Shown here: positions 40,983-50,700 of the stretch, in pieces | Position numbering within the stretch: position 1 is the first letter of the stretch | How the letters are laid out: each line of letters begins with the position of its first letter | Source: Alphaproteobacteria bacterium | GTDB taxonomy: Bacteria > Pseudomonadota > Alphaproteobacteria > JACZXZ01 | Reading direction: 5' to 3' | DNA: 64,000 nucleotides | Assembly (NCBI GenBank): GCA_052143835.1 | Contig: JBKQRV010000142.1 | Location: 8,995-72,994, forward strand | The notes under the pieces: model-generated | What the model saw: only the letters and a program-made list of their open reading frames with translations | Database searches by the model: none | What the model was told of the DNA's origin: nothing | Made by a program: the position numbers and the translations under genes

Positions 40983-41984
40983 ATGCAAATCCGAGACGGC
41001 TTCGTCGGGAGCATCGGCAACACCCCGCTCATCAAGCTGCACCACGCGTCCGAGTTGACCGGCTGCACCATCCTCGGCAAGGCCGAGTTCCTCAATCCGG
41101 GCGGCTCGGTCAAGGACCGCGCGGCCCTGGCCATCATCAAGGACGCCGAGGCGCGCGGCACCTTGCGCCCGGGAGGCGTCATCGTCGAGGGTACCGCGGG
41201 CAATACCGGCATCGGCCTGGCGCTCGTCGGCAACGCGCGCGGCTACCGCACCGTGATCGTCATGCCGGAGACGCAGAGCCAGGAGAAGAAGGACATGCTA
41301 CGGCTCTGCGGTGCCGAGCTTCACTTGGTACCCGCCGTCCCCTACAAGGATCCCGGCAATTACGTGCACGTTTCCGAGCGTATGGCGAACGAGCTCGCCA
41401 AGCGCGAGCCGCAGGGCGCCATTTGGGCCAATCAGTTCGACAATATCGCCAACCGGCGCGGCCATTACGAGACGACCGGGCCAGAGATCTGGGAGCAGAC
41501 CGAGGGCAAGGTGGACGGCTTCATCTGCTCGGCCGGCACCGGCGGCACGCTCGCAGGCGTCGCGAATTTCCTCAAGGAGCGCAAGGCGAAGGTCATGATC
41601 GGGCTCGCCGACCCGTTGGGCTCGACCAACTACAATTGGTTCAGGTTCGGCACCATCAAGGTGGAGGGCAGCTCGATCACGGAGGGCATCGGCCAGGGCC
41701 GCATCACCAAGAACATCGAGGGCGCGCCGATCGACTTTCCCTGCCAGGTTCCCGACGAGGAGGCCCTTCCCCTCATCTTCGCGCTGCTCAAGGACGAGGG
41801 GCTGTGCGTGGGCGGCTCCACCGGCATCAATGTCGCGGGCGCCATCAGGCTCGCCCGCGAGCTCGGCCCGGGCCATACCGTCGTGACCATCCTTTGCGAC
41901 TACGGCACGCGCTACCAAAGCAAGCTGTTCAATCCCGAGTTCCTGCGCTCGAAGAAATTGCCGGTGCCGAGCTGGCTCGCCTGA
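40983..41984 (+). CDS. cysK: cysteine synthase (O-acetylserine sulfhydrylase), PLP-dependent
   Basis: PLP-lysine motif SVKDRAA and a GTGGT loop (SAGTGGTLAG); 333 aa. Confidence 0.85.
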   Translation: MQIRDGFVGSIGNTPLIKLHHASELTGCTILGKAEFLNPGGSVKDRAALAIIKDAEARGTLRPGGVIVEGTAGNTGIGLALVGNARGYRTVIVMPETQSQEKKDMLRLCGAELHLVPAVPYKDPGNYVHVSERMANELAKREPQGAIWANQFDNIANRRGHYETTGPEIWEQTEGKVDGFICSAGTGGTLAGVANFLKERKAKVMIGLADPLGSTNYNWFRFGTIKVEGSSITEGIGQGRITKNIEGAPIDFPCQVPDEEALPLIFALLKDEGLCVGGSTGINVAGAIRLARELGPGHTVVTILCDYGTRYQSKLFNPEFLRSKKLPVPSWLA

Positions 41985-42022
41985 CCCGGCCCGGGGAAAT
42001 AAGACAATCGCGAGGAAACGCC

Positions 42023-42898
42023 ATGGAGTACGTCAACAAGGAGGCGCTCGTCACGACCGAGTGGCTCACCCGCCATCTCTCCGCACCCGACGTGCGGGTG
42101 GTCGACGCCTCGTGGTATTTGCCCACGCTCAAGCGCGATGCCAAGGCGGAGTACGCCAAGCAGCACATCCCGGGTGCGGTCTTCTTCGACATCGACGACA
42201 TCGCCGATACCTCGAGCCCGCTGCCCCACATGCTGCCGAGCGCCGAGAAATTCGCCGCGCGCGTGCGCAAGATGGGGCTCGGCGACGGCATCCGCATCAT
42301 CGTCTACGACGGCGGGGTGATGGCGAGTGCAGCGCGCGTGTGGTGGACGTTCCGCGTCTTCGGGCACGACGACGTGGCGGTCCTCGACGGCGGCTTGAGG
42401 AAATGGCTCAAGGAGGGCCGCCCCCTCGAGAGCGACAAACCGATGCCGCGCGAGCGGCATTTCACCGCGCGCTTCAACCACGCCCTCGTGCGCGACCTCG
42501 AGGAGATCAAACGCAACATCGCGAACGCGCGCGAGCAGGTGCTCGACGCCCGCTCGCGCGGCCGCTTTGCCGGCACCGAGCCCGAGCCGCGCGCGGGCCT
42601 GCGCGGCGGCCATATCCCGCGCAGCCTCAACCTGCCCTATGACCTCATCATCGATGCCGCGTCGGGCACCATGCGGCCTGCCGACGAGCTCGCGCGACTC
42701 TTCAAGGAGAGCGGCGTCGACATGCGGCGACCGGTCGTCACCAGCTGCGGCTCCGGCGTCACGGCGTCGCTCTTGGCGCTCGGCCTCTTCCTCCTCGGCC
42801 ACGAGGACGTGGCGGTCTACGACGGCTCGTGGAGCGAATGGGGTGCGCGCAGCGACACGCCGGTCGAGGCGGGTGCTGCGGCGGGTGCGGCGAGCTGA
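42023..42898 (+). CDS. sseA: 3-mercaptopyruvate sulfurtransferase (tandem rhodanese)
   Basis: Two rhodanese domains, active site CGSGVTA, GAGGAA RBS upstream. Confidence 0.85.
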   Translation: MEYVNKEALVTTEWLTRHLSAPDVRVVDASWYLPTLKRDAKAEYAKQHIPGAVFFDIDDIADTSSPLPHMLPSAEKFAARVRKMGLGDGIRIIVYDGGVMASAARVWWTFRVFGHDDVAVLDGGLRKWLKEGRPLESDKPMPRERHFTARFNHALVRDLEEIKRNIANAREQVLDARSRGRFAGTEPEPRAGLRGGHIPRSLNLPYDLIIDAASGTMRPADELARLFKESGVDMRRPVVTSCGSGVTASLLALGLFLLGHEDVAVYDGSWSEWGARSDTPVEAGAAAGAAS

Positions 42899-42904
42899 GC
42901 CGCG

Positions 42905-43333
42905 GTGTTGCGCATCCGCCCATACCGCGCGGGCGACCTCGAGGCAATCGCCGCGCTCTGGCGCGCGTGCGGTCTCGTCGTCCCCTATAACGACCCGGAG
43001 CAAGACATCGCCTTCTGCCGCGAGAGCGCCCACGGCGAGGTCTTCGTCGGCGAGGACGAGCAAGGGCGCGTGATCGCAAGTGCCATGGCCGGCCACGACG
43101 GCCATCGCGGCTGGCTTTACTACGTGGCCGTAACACCCCGGCTGCGCAAGGGCGGGCTCGGCCGCCTGATCGTGCGTCACGCCGAGGAGTGGCTCAAGGG
43201 GCTCGGCGTGCGCAAGGTGCAGCTCCTCGTGCGCCCGGGCAACCTGGCCGCCACGAGCTTCTATGAGCGGCTCGGCTACGAGCGCTCGCCCGTCGCCGTC
43301 TTGCAGCGCTGGCTCACCCCGCCCGAGGCCTGA
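42905..43333 (+). CDS. GNAT family N-acetyltransferase
   Basis: 142 aa. Acetyl-CoA binding motif RLRKGGLGRLIV. Confidence 0.7.
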   Translation: MLRIRPYRAGDLEAIAALWRACGLVVPYNDPEQDIAFCRESAHGEVFVGEDEQGRVIASAMAGHDGHRGWLYYVAVTPRLRKGGLGRLIVRHAEEWLKGLGVRKVQLLVRPGNLAATSFYERLGYERSPVAVLQRWLTPPEA

Positions 43334-43343
43334 GCGAGCGCCT

Positions 43344-43913
43344 ATGCCCGCCATCCCGCCACCCCGATCCGACGGCAAGCTCGAGCTCACCGTCACCTAT
43401 CTCGAGATGCGCGCAGCGCCTACGCGCCCGCCGCACCCGGCACCCAAGCGCAAGCTCGCCCTTTTGCGCGCCGAGGCGATGCCGGTTCATTTCTATCGTT
43501 ATCTTTACAACACGGTCGGCGAGCCGTGGCTCTGGTACGAGCGGCGCCTGATGGACGATGCGGCCCTCGCGGCCGTGATCCACGATGCGCGCGTCGAGAT
43601 CTACGTGCTCTACGCGGGCGGCGTTCCCGCCGGCTACGCCGAGCTCGACCGGCGCACGGACGACGAGATCGAGCTCGCGTATCTCGGCCTCGTGCCCGAT
43701 TTCATCGGCACGGACCTCGGCGGCTATCTCCTCGACTGGACGATCGACACGGCGTGGCGCTACCGCCCGCGCCGGCTCTGGGTCCACACCTGCAACCTCG
43801 ACCATCCGCGCGCGCTGCAGACCTACCAGAAGGCGGGTCTCGTCGCCTACCGGCAGGAGACGAGGACGATCGACGATCCGCGGGCGACGGGCGTGATCCC
43901 CTACAAGGGCTGA
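43344..43913 (+). CDS. GNAT family N-acetyltransferase
   Basis: 189 aa from the internal Met. GNAT fold features (LGLVPDFIGTDLGGYLL). Confidence 0.65.
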   Translation: MPAIPPPRSDGKLELTVTYLEMRAAPTRPPHPAPKRKLALLRAEAMPVHFYRYLYNTVGEPWLWYERRLMDDAALAAVIHDARVEIYVLYAGGVPAGYAELDRRTDDEIELAYLGLVPDFIGTDLGGYLLDWTIDTAWRYRPRRLWVHTCNLDHPRALQTYQKAGLVAYRQETRTIDDPRATGVIPYKG

Positions 43914-43982
43914 GGACCGCTCTGCAGGCGGCGACGCGCGACCCACGTGCGGGCGTGTGGTGCAGCTTGAGTTAACGGCGTC

Positions 43983-44483
43983 TCATAATTGGACAAGTCG
44001 CTTTTCGAGAAAGATGCTGGTTACGATGGTGTGCGGCGGCATGGACGAATAGGGTTCGAACACTTTGCACGGCTGGAACCCGCAGCGTCGATAAAAGCGA
44101 AGGGCCGCGAGCTGGCGCGTTCCGGTCTCCAGCCGCAACACGGTCAGGCCGGCATCCGATGCCTCCGCCGCCAGTCTCGCGATGATGGCATCGGCCACGC
44201 CTTGCCCGCGCGCTTCGCTGCGCACGTACATGCGCTTTATCTCGGCGAAATCGGAAAACAAGGCCACCCCGCCGCAGCCTACGGGTGATCCTCTCATACG
44301 GGCCACGAAAAATCTGACATGCGGCTGAAAGATCGCAGCCAATGCAAGCCCGTGTCGCTGCTCGGCAGCGTAATTCTCTGAAAGCTCTTGATCGAGCTCG
44401 CCGATCAATGCACGAACCTCGTCGGTCGCGGCGAGAGCACGCTCGATCTCGACGGGAATCCGCGCCCGGCTCGTCTCATCCAT
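43983..44483 (-). CDS. GNAT family N-acetyltransferase
   Basis: 166 aa. Motif RSEARGQGVADAI. Confidence 0.7.
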   Translation of the reverse strand: MDETSRARIPVEIERALAATDEVRALIGELDQELSENYAAEQRHGLALAAIFQPHVRFFVARMRGSPVGCGGVALFSDFAEIKRMYVRSEARGQGVADAIIARLAAEASDAGLTVLRLETGTRQLAALRFYRRCGFQPCKVFEPYSSMPPHTIVTSIFLEKRLVQL

Positions 44484-44705
44484 CGTCCCGCCCCCAATCC
44501 TCCAACAGCTTCACCATATCAGAAATTTCCCAAAGCTCGGTAGCGGCACCCGCCGCCAGCGCCGGCGCGATCTTCAAGGTTTGATGGATATGCAAGAGCA
44601 ATGCCTTGCCAGAAGCACGCAACTCTGCACAGAATTGCACACGGAGAGGCGACCAAACGGGACGTCTCGGTCAACCACAGCCGGTTCAGGCGAGCAAGAG
44701 CACAC

Positions 44706-46025
44706 ATGCAGGATTTGGAAGCCCGGACCATCCGGAAGGCGTCGGCGCGGCTGATTCCCTTCCTGATCGTTTGCTATTTCATCGCCTATCTCGACCGCGT
44801 GAACGTCGGCTTCGCCGCGCTCACGATGAACAAGGCGCTCGGTCTGACCGCGACCATGTTCGGCTTCGGGTCCGGCATCTTCTTCCTCGCCTATTTCCTC
44901 TTCGAGGTGCCCTCGAATCTGTGCCTCGACCGCTTCGGGGCCCGCAAGTGGATCGCGCGCATCATGATCAGCTGGGGCATCCTCTCCGGCCTGACGGCGT
45001 TCATCCCCGGCATCGCCCGCGCGACCGGGCTCAGCGACGGGACCACTTTCTACGTGCTCCGCGCGCTGCTCGGCTTCGCCGAGGCCGGCTTCTTCCCCGG
45101 CATCATCTTTTACCTGACGCTGTGGTTCCCCTCGGTCTACCGCGGCCGCATCATCGGCGCCTTCATGGCCGCGGTCCCGGTCTCCTCGGCCATCGGCGCG
45201 CCGATTTCCGGCATGATCCTCGGCATGGACGGCGTCGGCGGCTTCGCGGGCTGGCAGTGGCTCTTTCTCATCGAGGCCGCACCCGCGATGCTGCTCGCCA
45301 TCGTCACCTATTTCTATCTCACCGACCGGCCGGCCGACGCGCACTGGCTGGCGGCGGACGAGCGCGCCTGGCTGAGCGGCCGCCTCGAGGCCGAACGCCG
45401 GCAGCGCGAGGCGGTGCACGACCTCTCGGTCTGGCAGGCCATGCTCAATCCGCGCGTGTGGGCACTGTCGCTCGTCTATTTCGGCGCGGTGGCCTGCCTC
45501 TACGGCGTCGGCTTCTGGCTGCCGCAGATCATCAAGGCCTTCGGACTCTCGAATGCCATGACCGGCTGGGTCACGGCCATCCCCTACGCCGTCGGCGCCG
45601 TGTTCATGGTCTGGTACGGCCGTCGCTCGGACGCCAAGGCCGAGCGCAAGGGCCATGCTGCCTTAGCCCTCCTGATCGCCGCCGCCGGCATCGCCGGCTC
45701 CACGCTGACCAGAGACCCGACGCTGACCGTCGTTGCCTTCACCATCGGCGCCTGCGGCGTGTTCGCGATTCTGCCGGTGTTCTGGACCCTGCCGACCGCT
45801 GTGCTGTCCGGCACCGCCGCCGCCGCCGGCATCGCCGTGATCAACTCGCTCGGCAATCTCTCGGGCTTCTTCGGGCCCTATGCCATGGGCTGGATCAAGG
45901 ACGCGACGGGAAGCTTCGCCGGCGGGCTATTGCTGATTGCAGCCCTTGCGGTCATGGGTGCTGTCATCGTGCTCGTGCTCGGTCACGACCCCGCCCTCGA
46001 AAGGGCACCGGCTGCGGGGAAATGA
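44706..46025 (+). CDS. MFS transporter (anion:cation symporter-like)
   Basis: 12 TM helices and the MFS motif A-like AYLDRVNVGFA. Start at the internal Met MQDLEARTIRK. Confidence 0.8.
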   Translation: MQDLEARTIRKASARLIPFLIVCYFIAYLDRVNVGFAALTMNKALGLTATMFGFGSGIFFLAYFLFEVPSNLCLDRFGARKWIARIMISWGILSGLTAFIPGIARATGLSDGTTFYVLRALLGFAEAGFFPGIIFYLTLWFPSVYRGRIIGAFMAAVPVSSAIGAPISGMILGMDGVGGFAGWQWLFLIEAAPAMLLAIVTYFYLTDRPADAHWLAADERAWLSGRLEAERRQREAVHDLSVWQAMLNPRVWALSLVYFGAVACLYGVGFWLPQIIKAFGLSNAMTGWVTAIPYAVGAVFMVWYGRRSDAKAERKGHAALALLIAAAGIAGSTLTRDPTLTVVAFTIGACGVFAILPVFWTLPTAVLSGTAAAAGIAVINSLGNLSGFFGPYAMGWIKDATGSFAGGLLLIAALAVMGAVIVLVLGHDPALERAPAAGK

Positions 46026-46064
46026 CGGACAGTCCCGCGGTATCGGGTGTTCTGCCTCGTCCGT

Positions 46065-46925
46065 CTACACCGGATACTTGGCGAGGTGTGCGAGCAGCAG
46101 GCCGTTGACCCGGTCCGGAGCCTGGTCGGCGGCAAAATGACCGATGTCCGAGAGGATTTCGAACTGGTAGGGGCCGGATACGAACTCGCCCGTACCCTCC
46201 GCCGCCGCGCGCCCGACGGTGTCGTCGGCGTCCCCCCAGATGTAGAGGACCGGAACGCCGATCACGCCGAGCGGCGCGCGGATGGCACCGCGCGCGCGGT
46301 ACCACGCAAGCGCCGCTTCCATCGCCGCTTCGTTGCCGAGCACAGAGAGGTATTGCTCGATCGCGACAGCCGGAACGCCGGACTTGCCCAGCCGCTCACG
46401 CAAGCGCCGCGCACCGTCGGCCAACAGAAGCGGCCCCGCATCGGGCTCGAGAAAGGCCTTATGATGGCGCGAGCGCCGCGCCTGCTCGCCGTCCGGCATC
46501 CGCAGCGCGCGATTGAACGCGTTGGGATGCGGGCGCGACAAGACGGTAAGGGAGGCGACGCGGTCCGGATAACGGTCCGCTATTCCCCACGCGATGCTGG
46601 CGCCCCAGTCATGGCCGACGAGGTGAAAGCGGGATTTGGCGTGACCGCACGCGGCCACCAAGTCGATCGCATCGGCAACCAGCCGGTCGAAGCGGTAGTT
46701 GGCGGTGTCGGCCGCGTCCGGCCGCGCGCCCGGAGAATAGCCGCGCTGGCTCGGCGCCACCGCGCGGTATCCCGCCGCCGCCAAGGCGGGGAGCTGCGCG
46801 CGCCACATGTGGAATGATTCCGCAAAGCCGTGGAGCAGCAACACGAGGGGCCCATTTGCCGACCCATCGACAAAGGCATCAAAGACGAGACCCGGCCCGG
46901 TCTCGATTTTGAGCAGCTCGGCCAT
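46065..46925 (-). CDS. alpha/beta hydrolase fold protein
   Basis: HGFAESFHMW and nucleophile elbow GHDWGA; 286 aa from the internal Met. Confidence 0.75.
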   Translation of the reverse strand: MAELLKIETGPGLVFDAFVDGSANGPLVLLLHGFAESFHMWRAQLPALAAAGYRAVAPSQRGYSPGARPDAADTANYRFDRLVADAIDLVAACGHAKSRFHLVGHDWGASIAWGIADRYPDRVASLTVLSRPHPNAFNRALRMPDGEQARRSRHHKAFLEPDAGPLLLADGARRLRERLGKSGVPAVAIEQYLSVLGNEAAMEAALAWYRARGAIRAPLGVIGVPVLYIWGDADDTVGRAAAEGTGEFVSGPYQFEILSDIGHFAADQAPDRVNGLLLAHLAKYPV

Positions 46926-47105
46926 AGCGTGCCCCCCAATCTGCCCGTTGTCCGCGGATCGCAGGAAATCGATGGCGTCGGCAGGCAACCGCCGTCGCGC
47001 CAACTCTAGCAGCGTTTCTCCCGCTGTCTTATGCCCCCTGGCGCACGACGCCCCGCAATGCCACACTGCGCCTCATCTGGGGAGCCCCCTGACAGCAGCC
47101 GGTCC

Positions 47106-48275
47106 ATGAAAAAGGAAACCATCGTCACCACCGCGGGCCGTCGGCCGAAGGAGAACTTCGGCATCGTCAATCCGCCCGTCTATCGCGCCTCGACCGTGCT
47201 CTTTTCCTCGATGGCCGCGCACGACGAGGCGCGCAAGCATCTACTCGAGGGAGTCACTTACGGCCGCATGGGCACGCCGACGACGTGGGCCTTCGAGGAA
47301 GCGGTCGCCGCACTCGAGGGCGGCTTTCGCACGGTCTCCCTCGCGTCCGGCTTGAACGCGCTGACCACCGCCGTGCTCGCGTTCGTCAAGAGCGGCGACC
47401 ACATCCTGGTGAGCGACAGCGTCTACGGCCCCTTGCGCAAATTCTGCGACGAGTTTCTCACGCGCTTCGGCGTCGAGACCACCTATTTCGATCCGCTGAT
47501 CGGCGGCGCGATCGCAACGCTCATGCGCAAGAGCACGCGCCTCGTTTGCACCGAATCGCCCGGCTCGCTCACCTTCGAGGTGCAGGACATCCCGGCGATC
47601 GCGCTTGCGGCGCACGCCAAGGGCGCCCTCGTCATGACCGACAACACCTGGAGTGCTGGGCTCTATTTCCAGCCCTTCGCCCACGGCGTCGACATCTCCG
47701 TGCAGGCGGCGACCAAATATATCGTGGGACACTCGGATGCCATGCTGGGCGCGATCACGCTCGCGAGCGAGGAGCATTGGCAGTCGGTCAAGACGACCGC
47801 GGTCAAGCTCGGCCTTTGCGCCGGGCCCGATGACTGTTACCTGGGCCAGCGCGGCATCCGCACGCTCGCGGTGCGCCTCGCACGCCACCAGGAGAATGGG
47901 CTCAAGCTCGCGCGCTGGCTCCAGGGCAGGCCCGAGGTCACGCGCGTCGTGCATCCGGCATTGCCGCAGGACCCCGGCTACCGGCTGTGGAAACGGGATT
48001 TCACTGGCGCCTCGGGGCTCTTCGGCGTGATGTTGCGGCCGTTCCGCAAAGAGGCCGTCGATGCTTTGATCGACGCGCTCGAGCTCTTCGGCCTCGGCTA
48101 CAGCTGGGGCGGCTACGAGAGCCTGATCGTGCCGGCCAAGCCTGAGGGCGCGCGCAGCGCCGTGCCCTGGCAGGCGTCAGGCCCCTACTTGCGGCTGCAC
48201 GCCGGCCTCGAGGATTCCGCCGACCAGATCGCCGATCTCGAGCGCGGCTTCGCGGCCCTGCACAAGGCGGCATAG
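47106..48275 (+). CDS. metC: cystathionine beta-lyase, PLP-dependent
   Basis: Cys/Met metabolism PLP-dependent enzyme family. PLP-lysine context AATKYIVGHSD; 389 aa. Confidence 0.8.
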   Translation: MKKETIVTTAGRRPKENFGIVNPPVYRASTVLFSSMAAHDEARKHLLEGVTYGRMGTPTTWAFEEAVAALEGGFRTVSLASGLNALTTAVLAFVKSGDHILVSDSVYGPLRKFCDEFLTRFGVETTYFDPLIGGAIATLMRKSTRLVCTESPGSLTFEVQDIPAIALAAHAKGALVMTDNTWSAGLYFQPFAHGVDISVQAATKYIVGHSDAMLGAITLASEEHWQSVKTTAVKLGLCAGPDDCYLGQRGIRTLAVRLARHQENGLKLARWLQGRPEVTRVVHPALPQDPGYRLWKRDFTGASGLFGVMLRPFRKEAVDALIDALELFGLGYSWGGYESLIVPAKPEGARSAVPWQASGPYLRLHAGLEDSADQIADLERGFAALHKAA

Positions 48276-48279
48276 GGCG

Positions 48280-48711
48280 ATGGGCAGCGTCATGGCCGAG
48301 GAGCGCAAGGTTGCGGGCAGAAAGGCGATCGACGAGGTGCTTGCAGCACTTGCCTTCGATCAAGACGGCCTGATCGGCGCTATCGCCCAGCAGTTCGACA
48401 CCGGCGAGGTGCTCATGTTCGCTTGGATGGACCGCGCCGCGGTCGCCGAGACCCTCAGCACCGGCCGGGTGTGCTACTGGTCGCGCTCGCGCCGCGCGCC
48501 TTGGCGCAAGGGCGAGCGCTCGGGCCAGGAGCAGCGCCTCGTCGAGCTGCGCTTCGATTGCGATCAGGACGCGCTTCTATTGCAGGTCGACCAGAAGGGG
48601 GTCGCCTGCCATACCGGCCGGCGGAGCTGCTTCTTCACCGCCTTCCGCGGCGGCAGGCTCGAGACCATCGCCGAAGTCATCGTCGACCCCGAGACGCTCT
48701 ACGGCGAGTGA
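48280..48711 (+). CDS. hisI: phosphoribosyl-AMP cyclohydrolase
   Basis: HisI motifs (YWSRSRRAPWRKGERSGQEQRLVELRFDCDQDALL, CHTG). Confidence 0.85.
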   Translation: MGSVMAEERKVAGRKAIDEVLAALAFDQDGLIGAIAQQFDTGEVLMFAWMDRAAVAETLSTGRVCYWSRSRRAPWRKGERSGQEQRLVELRFDCDQDALLLQVDQKGVACHTGRRSCFFTAFRGGRLETIAEVIVDPETLYGE

Positions 48712-48823
48712 GCCTGTTCGCGCTGACGCTGCCCGCCCTTGTCGCAAATCGGCGGAATCGCTACCCTGGCCGGATCATGCCCTGCTCAAGCGCGCCCTCA
48801 AGCGAGGGCGGGAGGAGATTGCG

Positions 48824-49468
48824 ATGCCAGCCGACGCTTGCCATCCCGCAGCACCGCACAAGAAGCTCCGCATCCCGGATTGGTACGTCTCCGGCCTCAT
48901 GCTCGACCGCGCGCTCGACGCCATCCTGCGGCGGGTGAAGAAGCTCGACCGCAGCCACGATGTTCCCTATCTCGCGGGCTACAGCGTCGACGGCAAGACG
49001 ATCTTCATCGATCGCCACCTGCCGAGGACGTTCAAGTTCCGCGGCCGGGAGATCGCCGTCGACCGCTACCTCATTCTGCACGAGGAGGTCGAGAAGACGC
49101 TCATCGACCAGCTCGGCCTGCATTATCTGCACGCGCATCAGATCGCCACGCGCGCGGAGCAGGCCGCGGTGCGCGCGGATCGCATCGAGTGGCGCGATTA
49201 CGACCGCTTCATGCAGAGATACGTGAAACGGATCGGCGACGAGCGGCTCACCAAGGTGCCCGACGACCTCGATCTCAAGCCGTACCGGGACGAGCACGAC
49301 TTCGATCTCATCAAGCGCATGATCACCGCACTCGACGGCAGGCGGCTGCCGCGCGCGCTCGCCGCTCGCAAGCTGCGGCCGCTCCTCGAGGAGGCGGCGA
49401 AGACGCTCGCGACCAAGCGCCGCAAGCGCCCCGAGCACAAGAGGAAGCAGCTAAAAAGTGCCGCGTGA
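48824..49468 (+). CDS. conserved hypothetical protein
   Basis: 214-aa ORF with coding-like composition and a basic C-terminal tail. No family recognised. Confidence 0.4.
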   Translation: MPADACHPAAPHKKLRIPDWYVSGLMLDRALDAILRRVKKLDRSHDVPYLAGYSVDGKTIFIDRHLPRTFKFRGREIAVDRYLILHEEVEKTLIDQLGLHYLHAHQIATRAEQAAVRADRIEWRDYDRFMQRYVKRIGDERLTKVPDDLDLKPYRDEHDFDLIKRMITALDGRRLPRALAARKLRPLLEEAAKTLATKRRKRPEHKRKQLKSAA

Positions 49469-49492
49469 GCGCGGCCCGCGCGACACGGGCGC

Positions 49493-50482
49493 CTAACCGA
49501 GCACCTCCTGGTTGATCACGTTCTCGCGGATCGGCTGACCGTCGATCTCGCTCAAGACGTTGCGCACTGCGGCGAGCGCCATGCGGGCGACCGCCTCGAC
49601 CGTGACGCCGGCCATGTGCGGCGCGGTGACGACGTTCGGAAGCTTGAGCAGCGGGTTGTCGGTCGGCGCCGGCTCGAGCGCGAAGACGTCGAGCCCCGCG
49701 CCGGCGAGCCGGCCCTCGCTGAGGGCGGCATGGAGTGCCGTCTCCTCGATGATGCCGCCGCGCGCGGTATTGACGAGGTAGGCGGTCGGCTTCATGCGTC
49801 GCAGCCTTGCGTCATCGAACATGGCGAGCGTCTCCGGCGTCTTCGGGCAATGGAGGGTGACGAAGTCGGCCTCCGCTACGGCCGCGTCGAGATCCCTTGC
49901 CGGCTCGCATCCCGCCGCGCGCACGCTCTCCGCCGGCACATATGGGTCGTAGACGAGGACCCGCATCTCCATGGCGAGGCAGCGTTTGGCCGTGCGCGTG
50001 CCGATGCGCCCGAAGCCCACGATGAGCGCGGTCTTGCCGAGAAGATCGACGGGCTTGACCTTGAGCCGCTCGGGCCAGCGCCCCTCCTTGACCATCGCGT
50101 CGAAGTGCGCACCCCGCCGCGCCAAGGTCATCATGAAGAAGATCGCCTGCTCCGCCACCGAGGGCGAATTGGCGATGCCGACGACCATCAGCGGAATCCG
50201 CCTTTTGGTCAGCGCCGGCACGTCCACCGAGTCGTAGCCGACGCCGATGCGCGCCACGACCTGGAGCCGCGGCGCCTCGGCAAGCTCCGCCTCGCCGAAA
50301 CGCATCGGCCCGATAATGACGCCGTCGACTCCGCCCTCCGCCCGTATGCGCAGGACGAAGTCCGGAGGCTTGATGAGATGGGAAAAGGATGTGGCCTCGA
50401 TGTCGTCGCGCGCCGCGAGCACGTCCCAGCCGGCCTTGCCCATGCTATCTGCGATCAAGAGCTTCTTCTTGTTGGTCGTCAT
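49493..50482 (-). CDS. D-isomer-specific 2-hydroxyacid dehydrogenase (phosphoglycerate dehydrogenase-like)
   Basis: NAD-binding GFGRIGTRTA; catalytic domain with conserved His (TAPHMAG). Confidence 0.8.
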   Translation of the reverse strand: MTTNKKKLLIADSMGKAGWDVLAARDDIEATSFSHLIKPPDFVLRIRAEGGVDGVIIGPMRFGEAELAEAPRLQVVARIGVGYDSVDVPALTKRRIPLMVVGIANSPSVAEQAIFFMMTLARRGAHFDAMVKEGRWPERLKVKPVDLLGKTALIVGFGRIGTRTAKRCLAMEMRVLVYDPYVPAESVRAAGCEPARDLDAAVAEADFVTLHCPKTPETLAMFDDARLRRMKPTAYLVNTARGGIIEETALHAALSEGRLAGAGLDVFALEPAPTDNPLLKLPNVVTAPHMAGVTVEAVARMALAAVRNVLSEIDGQPIRENVINQEVLG

Positions 50483-50503
50483 GCCTTTTCCCCCTCATAG
50501 CGC

Positions 50504-50622
50504 GCGCCCAGTACCCGCCATCGCCGAAAGCTGAGTCTTGAAAACAGCGATTTGCGCAGCGATGGCGGGTACATAGCTTATGACCGATGTACCGACTTTC
50601 TGCGAAAGTCGGTACTGGGCGA
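50504..50622. promoter_or_regulatory. nested palindromic intergenic element (three concentric/adjacent inverted repeats with GTAC cores)
   Basis: Outer pair CGCCCAGTAC (50505-50514) and GTACTGGGCG (50613-50622). Middle pair GTACCCGCCATCGC (50511-50524) and GCGATGGCGGGTAC (50559-50572). Inner hairpin GTACCGACTTTC-tgcg-GAAAGTCGGTAC (50589-50616). Confidence 0.5.
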
Positions 50623-50700
50623 TTGACCGGACCGCCGCCGCCGAGCAGAATCCCAGCAACACCGGGAACGGGATTGTCGCACAGAGGGAGGACCGACGCG

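Noticed and set aside
46926-47105. Possible SAM-II-type riboswitch upstream of metC
   Set aside because: Only a weak hairpin (AGCAGCG...CGCTGTC) is visible, and I cannot verify the pseudoknot consensus by eye. It would need an Infernal/Rfam scan.
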